From Patescibacteria group bacterium (GTDB lineage: Bacteria > Patescibacteriota > Patescibacteriia > UBA2591 > JAQUPP01), in contig JAQUOF010000002.1 of the NCBI GenBank assembly GCA_028717225.1, forward strand, positions 19,249 to 83,248: 64,000 bases of DNA, in the 5' to 3' direction. Position 1 is the first letter of the stretch; each line of letters opens with the position of its first letter. The notes under the pieces are model-generated. The model was not told the DNA's origin and searched no databases. It saw only the letters and a list, made by a program, of their open reading frames with translations. The translations under genes were made by a program, and so were the position numbers. Positions 55,637 to 64,000 of this stretch are shown piece after piece.

Positions 55637-57634
55637 TTATTGAACCATTTTTAAAAATTCTTGTTCACTAATAATTTTTACTCCCAGATCTTTGGCATTT
55701 TTTAATTTTGAGCCCGATGCTTCACCGGCTACCAAAAAATCCGTTTTTAAACTGACAGAAGAAGAAATATTACCGCCTGATTTCCTGATCATTTCCTTAG
55801 CTGATTCACGTGTAAAGTGAGTCAGTGTTCCGGTCAGAACGAAAGTTTTGCCGTTTAATTTTTGACTGATTTTTGACGGTTTGATAATTTCTATTCCCGC
55901 TTTTTTAAATTTTTTAATCAATTCCAAATTATTTTTATCTTGAAACCATTCAAAAATGCTTTTAGCCACCACTCCGCCGATGTCTTCAATCGCTTCCAAA
56001 TCTTCCAACTTTGCTTTGGTTAAATTATCCAAGTCGCCGAAATAATTGGCTAAATTTATGGCTGTTTCCTCGCCTGTATGGCGAATTCCCAGGGCGTAAA
56101 TAAAACGGCTAAAATCAATTTTTTTGCTTTTATCAATCGCCCCAATAATATTTTCCGCTGATTTTTCGGCAAATCTTTCCAATGGCTCAAGATCTTCTTT
56201 TTTCAAGAAAAATATGTCTGCCGGATCCTTAATCAATCCGACGCTGAAAAGTTTGTCAATAATTTTCGGTCCCAAATGAACAATATCAAAAGCGTTTTTA
56301 GAAACAAAATGAGTAATACCGCGCCATCTTTGTCCGTAACAATTTTTGTTGGAACAATAAAAATCAACTTCACCTTCTTTTCTGTAAGCCGGTGAATGAC
56401 AAAGCGGACAATGATTCGGCATTCTGAATATTTTTTCTTTAGAAGTTCGCAAATTTTTTAAAACTCCGACAATATCCGGAATAACATCCCCTGCTCGTTT
56501 TATCACCACCGTATCTCCGATTCTGACATCCAATCTTTTAATTTCATCTTCATTGTGTAAAGTAGCGCGACTGACTGTGGCTCCGCCGACATTAACCGGT
56601 TCAAGCACGGCTACCGGTGTTAATCGACCGGTTCGTCCTATTTGAATAATAATATCTTTTATTTTAGTGACTGCTTCCAACCCGGGAAATTTATAAGCAA
56701 TTGATCCGCGGGGCGCCCGACCAATGGTGCCTAATTTATTATAAATTTCATTAGAATTAACTCTGGCCACCACGCCATCAATTTCATAAGGCAATTTTTC
56801 TCTTAATCCGCCAATATATTTTTGAAATTTTATAATTTCTGAAATATCAGCGCAATATTGAGTATAAGGATTTGGAGGGAAACCGATTTTTTCAATTAAT
56901 TTATGAGTTTCCAAATGGGTTTTTCGTCCTAAATCAGTGGTAATATCATAAGCAAAAAAATTTAATTTTCTTCCCAAAGTAATTTGCGAATCAAGTTGGC
57001 GTAATGATCCGGCCGCGGCGTTTCTTGGATTGGCAAAAGCCGCTTCCCCTTTTTTAATTTGCTCTTTATTCAATTCTTCAAAAACTTTTTTGGACATAAA
57101 AACCTCTCCCCTGATTTCAACTTCTCCCTGAAAATTTCCTTCCAATTTTAAAGGTATGGTTCTGATGGTTTTTAAATTTTGCGTCACGTCTTCGCCGATA
57201 TAACCGTCTCCGCGGGTTGCTCCTTTTTCAAAAATTCCATTTTTATAAAATAAAGCTACGGCCAAGCCGTCCATCTTCAATTCAATGAAATAATCAATTT
57301 TTAAATCTGGCGGTAAGAGTTTTTTGATCCTTTTCTCCCAATCATAAATTTCTTTTTCTTCAAAAACGTCGGAAAGAGAAAGCAAGGGAATTTTATGGGC
57401 AAATTTTTTGAATTTTTCCAAAGGCTTGCCGCCCACTCTTTGAGTCGGTGAATTTTGTCCGCCAAATTCCGGATATTGATTTTCCAAAGCCAATAATTCT
57501 TTTCTTAAAGAATCATAAGCCGCATCGGAAATTGACGGTTTATCCAAAACATAATAAAGACGGCCGTGATATTCTATTTCTTTCTTTAATTTTTCTATCC
57601 GCTTTTTAGCTTCTTGCTTGCTTAATTCTTGCAT
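55637..57634 (-). CDS. ligA: NAD-dependent DNA ligase
   Basis: Adenylation motif KMDGLA. Zn finger CPLCHS...C. C-terminal BRCT domain. 665 aa. Confidence 0.9.
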   Translation of the reverse strand: MQELSKQEAKKRIEKLKKEIEYHGRLYYVLDKPSISDAAYDSLRKELLALENQYPEFGGQNSPTQRVGGKPLEKFKKFAHKIPLLSLSDVFEEKEIYDWEKRIKKLLPPDLKIDYFIELKMDGLAVALFYKNGIFEKGATRGDGYIGEDVTQNLKTIRTIPLKLEGNFQGEVEIRGEVFMSKKVFEELNKEQIKKGEAAFANPRNAAAGSLRQLDSQITLGRKLNFFAYDITTDLGRKTHLETHKLIEKIGFPPNPYTQYCADISEIIKFQKYIGGLREKLPYEIDGVVARVNSNEIYNKLGTIGRAPRGSIAYKFPGLEAVTKIKDIIIQIGRTGRLTPVAVLEPVNVGGATVSRATLHNEDEIKRLDVRIGDTVVIKRAGDVIPDIVGVLKNLRTSKEKIFRMPNHCPLCHSPAYRKEGEVDFYCSNKNCYGQRWRGITHFVSKNAFDIVHLGPKIIDKLFSVGLIKDPADIFFLKKEDLEPLERFAEKSAENIIGAIDKSKKIDFSRFIYALGIRHTGEETAINLANYFGDLDNLTKAKLEDLEAIEDIGGVVAKSIFEWFQDKNNLELIKKFKKAGIEIIKPSKISQKLNGKTFVLTGTLTHFTRESAKEMIRKSGGNISSSVSLKTDFLVAGEASGSKLKNAKDLGVKIISEQEFLKMVQ

Positions 57635-58226
57635 AACCTTGAGTATACAATTTTTTATTCTGAATATATTTTAAAATTTCCATTGGCACCAGTTTTTTTA
57701 TTGATTTTCCCTGACGCAAAAATTTTCTGATCATCGTACTGGAAATAGGGCAATTCATTTTTATGATTTGAATTTTTGCCAAAACATTTTTGGGCACTTT
57801 TTTCAATGAAGGACGAGTGGCGACAATAAAATCAGCCTGATCAAAAATTTCTAAACCGACCTTCCATTTGCCGGCCAATATTTCTTCAAAAGAATCTTGC
57901 CCGATAACCCAATAAATTTTAGTTTGATGATATTGTTTTTTCAATTCTTTGATTGTTTCGGCGGTATATGATTTTTTTCTTTGATAAGATTTTTTGATTT
58001 CTATATCCGCAATTTCAATTCGCGGATCCAGTTTTGTTAAAATTTCAGCCATTGCCAAGCGATCTTTCATCGGCGCCATGTCATAATTTTTCTTAAGCGT
58101 CTGAAGGCCCGAAGGCATTAAAATAATTTTTTTTAAACCGGTTTTTTTCAGCGCTTTTTTTATAACAGCAAGATGGCCGTTATGAGGAGGATTAAAACTG
58201 CCGCCAAAAACAAGGATATTTTTCAT
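57606..58226 (-). CDS. nadD: Nicotinate-nucleotide adenylyltransferase
   Basis: FGGSFNPPHNGHL (HxGH nucleotidyltransferase motif) at the N-terminus. Confidence 0.8.
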   Translation of the reverse strand: MKNILVFGGSFNPPHNGHLAVIKKALKKTGLKKIILMPSGLQTLKKNYDMAPMKDRLAMAEILTKLDPRIEIADIEIKKSYQRKKSYTAETIKELKKQYHQTKIYWVIGQDSFEEILAGKWKVGLEIFDQADFIVATRPSLKKVPKNVLAKIQIIKMNCPISSTMIRKFLRQGKSIKKLVPMEILKYIQNKKLYTQGYARIKQARS

Positions 58227-58254
58227 AACTCGTTAATTTTTTAATATGTTTATT

Positions 58255-60918
58255 TTACTGTTCTTGCTGCTGATGCGTCGGCCAGCAAAGGGTTTGATTA
58301 AAAATTTGGTCCGAACCTACGGATTCACCTTGTTCATTGGTTTGTGTCATAACATAATAATAATTCATTTTAGGAATAACTCTTTTATCAGTATAGCAGC
58401 ACGTATTATCTTCACCGCATGCCGTAGCGCCGCAAACATAAGTTAATCCGCATTGCCCTAATAAACAATTTGAATTAGTGCCGGCCTCATAATCAATTTT
58501 AATATCTGAATCTAATTTTGCCACATTATAAATAGCCACGTTGTCAATTAAATCATTAAAATATCGCGTAGTGGTATTCTCGCGACCAATTCTTAAAACA
58601 TCAGTAGAATTATTGGTTCTATTAATTGCTGTCGCCGAACCATCGGCAACGCCATCTTTATAGAAATAAACACTTGTTCCGGAATGGACTATGGCGATAT
58701 GATGCCATGAATTATCATTAACCGTAGAAGTGCTGCAAGCCCAGCTTGAACCATCAGACCAATAACAAATTTTTCCATTAGTCGAATCGCCGCCAATACT
58801 TAAAATATAACCCTTGGTTGCATCAGATTTACTGGCAATGGTTCCCTGACTATCTGTAGTTTTAACCCAAGCTTCAATAGTCATTGTGTTAGTAATATTT
58901 AAGCTATCTGTATTGGCTACTTGAACATAATCACTGTTGCTTTCATTTAAACTACCGGCATAACCAAATTTACCACTGCTATTAAAAGTGGCTCCACTTT
59001 GTGCCGTGCCATTATTGCCATTACCTGAGGAATCATTCCAATTTTGATTCATTTTCCATTGAGCCACTAAACCATTATAAGAAAGTCCTTCAGCCAAATG
59101 ACCGACTGATTGGCAATTGGGATCAACTAAACTATTGCACCCGCCCGTAGTTAAAGTCCGATAAATATTATAACCGTCAGCGCTGTCGCCCTTAGTCCAT
59201 TTGGTTTTAATCTGACCGCAAATTTCAGCATTGGTGGTTTCTCCTTCCGGCTCGCAAAGAAGAGTTTTTTTCCAAACCGGATTATCCGCACAATCCTTAT
59301 CATCCGTAGAATTAGAGGCCACAACCTCGTAACAATAACCTGTATTTTCCGCCAAACCCGTATCTAAAACTTGGCAACCGTTTATGTCGCATGATTCATC
59401 TATGACACTATAAGGAGTATAAGTACAAGCACCGCAACCCGTTAAATCTGTTGCCGCGCATCTATAATAAGTATAATTTTCCGCCCAAGTTGAGAGATCC
59501 CATGAAACTCCCAATCTATCGCAACCCAAGGTATTATCAATTGTTAAATTATCAAAATCCAAAGGCGCGTGAATACCCTTAGGATAACCATATTCCACCC
59601 AACCAACACCAAGCAAAGATCCGGGATAAGCATTCCACCCCCAACCCACCATTCTATAAAAACCATTATAATCTTCCAAATAACTGCCCCACCATTTCGG
59701 CGTGGCATCTGAAGTTTTTTGCAATTTCATCCAACCGTTATCACCCAAATTAACCACTTTTGCCCAACCGGAAAGTTCCATTTGTCCGTCAGCCCAAATT
59801 TCGCTGTCTGATTTAGCTCGAGACCAAATTGAAACATTTTCAATAGTACCTTCAAAATTATTCCCCTGTCCCACGCCGCCATTGCAAGTATCTCCAAGAC
59901 AAAATTCTTCTTCACTATTGGCAATGGAGCCGGAGGTAGTTTGCGGCGTAGTAGTTCTGTCCACTCCATCAATATAAATTTTAACATTTGTTCCATTGTA
60001 GACACCCGCCAAATGGTGCCATTTATTATCGTTAACAGTAATATTTGAAACAACATTCGTGGCGCCGGAAGTATAAACACTAAATCCTATCTTCCCTTCA
60101 TTGCCGGGAGTATTGTCTGTTCTTAAAATATATGACGCAGTGCCCGTCTGCCATTTGGAAACAATGGCTTTATTTAATCTATTTTCATCAGTTTTAATCC
60201 AGGCTTCAACGGTCAAAGTAGCCATGCTTTCCAAATCAGGTTGATCACCAACTAAGACATAATCACTTGTGCCATTAAACGACCTGGCCTTGCCCCATTT
60301 GCCGGTAACCCGAGTCGTACCAACAGGAGTACCATTATTGCCTCCCACAGAATCTTGAAGCGAAGAATCATTATCATTTAAATTCCAATGTGCTTTTAAA
60401 TTAGAATTGTCAGAAAAGCTCTCACCCTTATCACCAATATCACAAGAGCAAGAAGGACTAGTGCAGGTTGCGTTTCCCAAACAAGCCCAAGCATAATTAT
60501 TATCTGGTGCCTTGTCATCTTCTCCATTGCAAACTCCACCACTACAACAATCTTCACCAAAACAAATCCAACCCATATTTTCACTCCAAGCATAACCGGT
60601 TAATTTATATGGAAAAGCAGTACTTACTTTGACAGCATAATTGCCTCCTCCCACATTAACATTATCGGGGCAATCTGCTCCGCCGCCGCAACAATTTTCC
60701 CATGCGCCGTCATCATTATAATCATTATAACAATTCGTTGAAACCCAACCCATATTTGAACTCCAACCCCAGCCACGAACATTTTCCGTTGAATCCGAAC
60801 TCGCTCTTGCCAGAAATAATTTAAAGCCGGAATTTTGAGACAATAAAATTAAAACTCCCAGAATTATAAAAATTCCGGAAACAATCAAACGATTTTTGAT
60901 GCTAAATTTGATAGTCAT
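58255..60918 (-). CDS. Secreted Cys-rich protein with two LamG_3 (concanavalin A-like lectin) domains (887 aa)
   Basis: N-terminal TM/signal. There are two blocks of the form SDYV.V....L......T.EAW.K......W.H.A.V..G..V..Y.DGV.......I...A..S..EI. Confidence 0.6.
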   Translation of the reverse strand: MTIKFSIKNRLIVSGIFIILGVLILLSQNSGFKLFLARASSDSTENVRGWGWSSNMGWVSTNCYNDYNDDGAWENCCGGGADCPDNVNVGGGNYAVKVSTAFPYKLTGYAWSENMGWICFGEDCCSGGVCNGEDDKAPDNNYAWACLGNATCTSPSCSCDIGDKGESFSDNSNLKAHWNLNDNDSSLQDSVGGNNGTPVGTTRVTGKWGKARSFNGTSDYVLVGDQPDLESMATLTVEAWIKTDENRLNKAIVSKWQTGTASYILRTDNTPGNEGKIGFSVYTSGATNVVSNITVNDNKWHHLAGVYNGTNVKIYIDGVDRTTTPQTTSGSIANSEEEFCLGDTCNGGVGQGNNFEGTIENVSIWSRAKSDSEIWADGQMELSGWAKVVNLGDNGWMKLQKTSDATPKWWGSYLEDYNGFYRMVGWGWNAYPGSLLGVGWVEYGYPKGIHAPLDFDNLTIDNTLGCDRLGVSWDLSTWAENYTYYRCAATDLTGCGACTYTPYSVIDESCDINGCQVLDTGLAENTGYCYEVVASNSTDDKDCADNPVWKKTLLCEPEGETTNAEICGQIKTKWTKGDSADGYNIYRTLTTGGCNSLVDPNCQSVGHLAEGLSYNGLVAQWKMNQNWNDSSGNGNNGTAQSGATFNSSGKFGYAGSLNESNSDYVQVANTDSLNITNTMTIEAWVKTTDSQGTIASKSDATKGYILSIGGDSTNGKICYWSDGSSWACSTSTVNDNSWHHIAIVHSGTSVYFYKDGVADGSATAINRTNNSTDVLRIGRENTTTRYFNDLIDNVAIYNVAKLDSDIKIDYEAGTNSNCLLGQCGLTYVCGATACGEDNTCCYTDKRVIPKMNYYYVMTQTNEQGESVGSDQIFNQTLCWPTHQQQEQ

Positions 60919-61105
60919 CTCTTAAATTATAAAACATTTTTAGCCAAAGGACAAGTCCCCTCACCTAATGGCGATAATATCTGCATCTAATATTTTTAAA
61001 AATAAAAAATAAATCTTACAACAATAAATAAAATAGAAAATCGGGCCGCCCCGCCAAAGCGGGGCATCGGCATTATGGTGAGGGGGCAAGCCCCTTCCCA
61101 ATTAA

Positions 61106-61140
61106 AAAAGGCTTCAAGTAAGTTAATTACCGAAGCCTTT
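61106..61140. terminator. Hairpin aaaggcttc-N16-gaagccttt followed by a T-run. A likely terminator for the 61139-61852 gene that could work in either direction.
   Basis: 9-bp perfect stem with T-runs on both sides. Coordinates are accurate to about 1 bp. Confidence 0.45.
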
Positions 61141-61852
61141 ATTTTTGTTTCAAAATCAAAACACACGATCCTCTCTTTATTATCTCAATCTTATGCTCAC
61201 TCAGCCAAATTAATATTTTCTCGGTTTTTCCAAGAAAATCGTCTTTGTAGGAAATTTCAAAGACGAAACACCATATTTCTCTACCTTCAAGATTTTTTTT
61301 CTCAAAGCGGGAAATTATGGCCGGCAAAGTACTTGAATACACAGTATCAGAAACTGATGGAAATTCTTTCACCATATTAATATTCCAAGACTTGCCAATG
61401 GCTAAGCTTTCAGTGGGAATAGCCTTAAGAAGATAAAACAAAGTCAGCAAGTCTCTCGAATTTGGAAGAATATTCTCTGTTAAAGAATATTCTTTATTGG
61501 CAGAAATATTCCAAATTCCCTGATGATCCAATTGATTCAAGAAAATCTCCACATTTTTCTTGTTACCGTGTAAATCTTCATATTTTTTAATATGCAAAGT
61601 TTGCAAATTTTCTATTTCAGCCCACGATTCCTGTGTCGTATGGAAAGGTTTAAATTCACTTACCATGCCATTACTTTTTGCCTCAGTTGAGAAATAATAA
61701 ACCCTTTTTCCATTCAAAATTATCTGACTTGTCCTTGAAACAAGGGTTCCAACTGTATTATCTCTTATCAACCTATAGTTCACTGAGTAAACATCCACTG
61801 AATCAATTTCGCTGAAATTTAAAAAAATCAAGAAATAAATTGTAAATAACAT
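61139..61852 (-). CDS. Hypothetical secreted protein (237 aa)
   Basis: Hydrophobic N-terminus (LFTIYFLIFLNF). No recognisable motif. Confidence 0.4.
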   Translation of the reverse strand: MLFTIYFLIFLNFSEIDSVDVYSVNYRLIRDNTVGTLVSRTSQIILNGKRVYYFSTEAKSNGMVSEFKPFHTTQESWAEIENLQTLHIKKYEDLHGNKKNVEIFLNQLDHQGIWNISANKEYSLTENILPNSRDLLTLFYLLKAIPTESLAIGKSWNINMVKEFPSVSDTVYSSTLPAIISRFEKKNLEGREIWCFVFEISYKDDFLGKTEKILIWLSEHKIEIIKRGSCVLILKQK

Positions 61853-61920
61853 CTCTCACCTCCTTGTCTGCCGATAGGCAGGCTTTTTATTATTTTAAGT
61901 TTAGCAAATTTTTTCTTTTA

Positions 61921-62043
61921 TGTCAACCCCGTTAAAAATTTAAAATAGAAACATCTATCAGGTTAAACTGGAAGCGAAGCGGCTTCGCCTTATAATTTTA
62001 ATAAAAAAATAAAATCTATTGTGAATTTTTAACGGGGTCAACC
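61921..62043. repeat. 18-bp inverted repeat (tcaaccccgttaaaaatt / aatttttaacggggttga) enclosing a GC hairpin (gaagcgaagcggcttcgcc)
   Basis: Read directly. The right arm overlaps the 3' end of ftsW. Confidence 0.55.
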
Positions 62044-63146
62044 CCATCTGTTTGTTTTGAAATATTTACTAAAATTCCAAAAGCGGCCATGAAAACGCAA
62101 AAACTCGTGCCGCCATAACTGACAAAAGGCAAAGGAATACCGGTTAAAGGCAAAAGCCTTAACATCGCGGCCATGTTGATTAATGATTGAAAAATAAACC
62201 AAGAACCAATACCAACGGTCAGTAGTCTGCCGAAATTGTCACGATTTAAATTGGCTAATCTGAAAATACGAATAGCCAAATAAATATATAATCCCACCAC
62301 TATCAACATTTTAATAAAACCCAATTCTTCTGCCATCACGGCGAAGATGGAATCACCAACCACTTCGGGCAAATAATTAATTTTTTGATACGAATGCCCC
62401 AACCCCCGGCCAAAAATTCCTCCAGAACCAATGGCTAAAATCGCCTGATTAATATGATAACCTATGCCCTGGGGATCCGCTTCCGGATGAAGAAATACCA
62501 TTATTCTGTCAAAACGATAAGGAGCTATTTTAATCAAAGCTATTAAAGATATAAGTCCGCCCATTATTATAAGACCCAAATGTTTCCAAGGCGCGCCGGC
62601 GACAAAATAAACAATCATGGCGCTTATAATAATCACCAATAAAGTTCCTATGTCCGGCTGAAAAATAATAAGGACGCTGATAATAACCAAAAAAAGAATA
62701 AACGGTACAAAAACTTCTTTAATGCTTTTAAATTTATCTTGGTGATTGGAAAACCAAGCGGCCAAATAAATTAAAAATGATAATTTTATGAATTCCGAAG
62801 GTTGAAAATTCAAGCCGCCTATTTTTATCCATCGGCTTACTCCCTCTTTGGCAAAACCTATGCCCGGAACCAAAACCAGAGCCAATATTACAAGCGAAAA
62901 AATAAGCAAGTAAAGAGAAATTTTTTTTAAATAATGATAGTCAAAACGAGCCAGAAGCCAAAAAATAAACAGACCCGGCAATAAACCGTTAAGAAGCTGA
63001 TGTTTTAAATAAAAATAACAATTATTGAATTTCTCACAAGCCGTAAAATAGCTCGATGAAGTAAGAATAAACAATCCCAGAACAATTAAAATTGCCAAGT
63101 TGACAATAATTATATAATCAGGTTGATGAATTTTTGTTTTAATCAT
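62016..63146 (-). CDS. ftsW: SEDS-family peptidoglycan glycosyltransferase (FtsW/RodA). It is called FtsW because of its position next to murD.
   Basis: 376 aa with ~10 TM helices and SEDS-family architecture. It overlaps the murD 3' end by 4 nt. Confidence 0.75.
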   Translation of the reverse strand: MIKTKIHQPDYIIIVNLAILIVLGLFILTSSSYFTACEKFNNCYFYLKHQLLNGLLPGLFIFWLLARFDYHYLKKISLYLLIFSLVILALVLVPGIGFAKEGVSRWIKIGGLNFQPSEFIKLSFLIYLAAWFSNHQDKFKSIKEVFVPFILFLVIISVLIIFQPDIGTLLVIIISAMIVYFVAGAPWKHLGLIIMGGLISLIALIKIAPYRFDRIMVFLHPEADPQGIGYHINQAILAIGSGGIFGRGLGHSYQKINYLPEVVGDSIFAVMAEELGFIKMLIVVGLYIYLAIRIFRLANLNRDNFGRLLTVGIGSWFIFQSLINMAAMLRLLPLTGIPLPFVSYGGTSFCVFMAAFGILVNISKQTDGVDPVKNSQ

Positions 63147-64000
63147 CTTAGGGCTTTAACAAATTTTTTAAACTTTCCTCCACGGTCAAATTCATTTTTA
63201 AACAATCCGAAACTGGCGCAACCCGGAGACAAAAGAACAATGTCGTCATTTTTAGCCATTTTTTCAGCCATTGTTATCGCTTCTTTCATATTTTTAATTT
63301 CAAAAATTTTCTTTCCTCTTGAGACAGATAAAATTTGCGATTTTAATCTTGAAGTGGCTGTGCCGGGAAGCAGAATTACAACCCTGCCGTATTTCTTGAT
63401 ATATTGCGCGAATTCTTGAAATTTTAAATTTTTATCCGCTCCGCCGCAAATTAAAACAACAGGTCGATTAAAAGATTTTAAAGCGCTGATCGCCGCTTCA
63501 GGCATGGTCGCGGCCGTGTCATTGTAATATCTTACTCCTTTGAATATTCTTACCAACTCCAAACGATTGGCTATGCCGGAAAAATCATTTAAAAAATTTT
63601 GGATTATCTTTGATTTAATTTTCAAAATGCAGGCAACGCAAACTGCGGCCAAAATATTTTCCAAATTATGTTCTCCCAATATTTTAATTTTGGCAACAGA
63701 ACAAATTTTTTCCAATTGATTATTTTGGCGAAAATAAATTTCTTTATTTTTCAAGAATATGCCGTCTTTTTTGGAAAAAGGTTTTTTAGAAAACCAAAAA
63801 ATCTTGCCTTGACAAAAAGAACTTAATTGACGCGATCGTTTGTTGTCATAATTTAAAATCGCGATTCCGTTTTCAGTCTGGCTTTTTAAAATAATTTTTT
63901 TAGCTTCAATATATTCATTAAAAGTTTTATATCTGTCCAAATGATCGGGAAAAAGATTGGTTATAACGGCAATTTCCGGCCCTTTTTGAAGATTTTCAAG
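63143..64000 (-). CDS. murD: UDP-N-acetylmuramoylalanine--D-glutamate ligase (MurD), C-terminal ~285 aa. The 5' end runs off the window.
   Basis: The reading frame continues beyond the ORF-track Met to the window edge, giving ...ITNLFPDHLDRYKTFNEY (the MurD motif is ITNIxPDHLDRH). It has a Mur-ligase C-terminal domain. The gene order is the dcw-cluster order murD then ftsW. Confidence 0.75.
   Translation of the reverse strand, partial: LENLQKGPEIAVITNLFPDHLDRYKTFNEYIEAKKIILKSQTENGIAILNYDNKRSRQLSSFCQGKIFWFSKKPFSKKDGIFLKNKEIYFRQNNQLEKICSVAKIKILGEHNLENILAAVCVACILKIKSKIIQNFLNDFSGIANRLELVRIFKGVRYYNDTAATMPEAAISALKSFNRPVVLICGGADKNLKFQEFAQYIKKYGRVVILLPGTATSRLKSQILSVSRGKKIFEIKNMKEAITMAEKMAKNDDIVLLSPGCASFGLFKNEFDRGGKFKKFVKALR

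Noticed and set aside
1-64000. Possibility of an alternative genetic code (UGA recoding), as in some CPR lineages such as Gracilibacteria and Absconditabacteria.
   Set aside because: Long housekeeping ORFs (rpoB, ligA, pilB, the 2490-aa gene) are uninterrupted under the standard code, and neighbouring genes abut normally at stop codons.
1-64000. Signs of a prophage, integrase, transposase, toxin-antitoxin or restriction-modification system.
   Set aside because: No ORF shows integrase, transposase, recombinase or typical defence motifs. The mobile-looking sequence consists only of non-coding MITE/REP-like repeats.

Overview
This is an AT-rich, gene-dense bacterial window read with the standard genetic code: long ORFs are intact, so there is no UGA recoding. 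Nearly all genes lie on the minus strand. It most likely comes from a Candidate Phyla Radiation / Patescibacteria-type genome (inference). The supporting features are a compact rpoB, a DUF5667-like anti-sigma protein, a type IV pilus cluster, giant secreted T/S-rich proteins and dense intergenic repeat families.

Housekeeping content:
- rpoC (3' end cut by the window edge) and rpoB.
- scpA and scpB, with a foreign gene wedged between them.
- ruvX, rarA, mutM, lgt, gatC/gatA, ligA, nadD, ftsW and murD (5' end cut by the edge).
- queH, a WecA-like GT4 transferase, a YbaK-type deacylase, an MFS transporter and comFC.
- tRNA-Arg(CCG), tRNA-Pro(CGG) and tRNA-Val(CAC).

Stand-out accessory content:
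- An operon of three tandemly duplicated small secreted, membrane-anchored peptide genes with conserved ends and a hypervariable core. They sit directly upstream of a radical-SAM/SPASM enzyme and a MurE-like ligase that lacks the N-terminal UDP-MurNAc-binding domain. This is a candidate undescribed peptide-modification (RiPP-like) system.
- A pilM-pilN-pilO-pilB-pilT-pilC cluster in which the PilT homologue has degenerate Walker A, Walker B, Asp-box and His-box motifs (a pseudo-ATPase).
- A roughly 14 kb surface-protein island with two cohesin-like TM-anchored proteins, a Cys-rich dockerin protein, and a 2490-aa BNR/LamG giant with internal 639-bp tandem repeats. A paralogous C-terminal module is shared with the neighbouring gene.
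- An ECF sigma / anti-sigma / catalytically dead HtrA-PDZ module.
- Two families of structured intergenic (MITE/REP-like) repeats, including a ~115-bp insert nested inside an AAGCT-rich element that abuts several start codons.

No CRISPR arrays, integrases or rRNA genes were seen.
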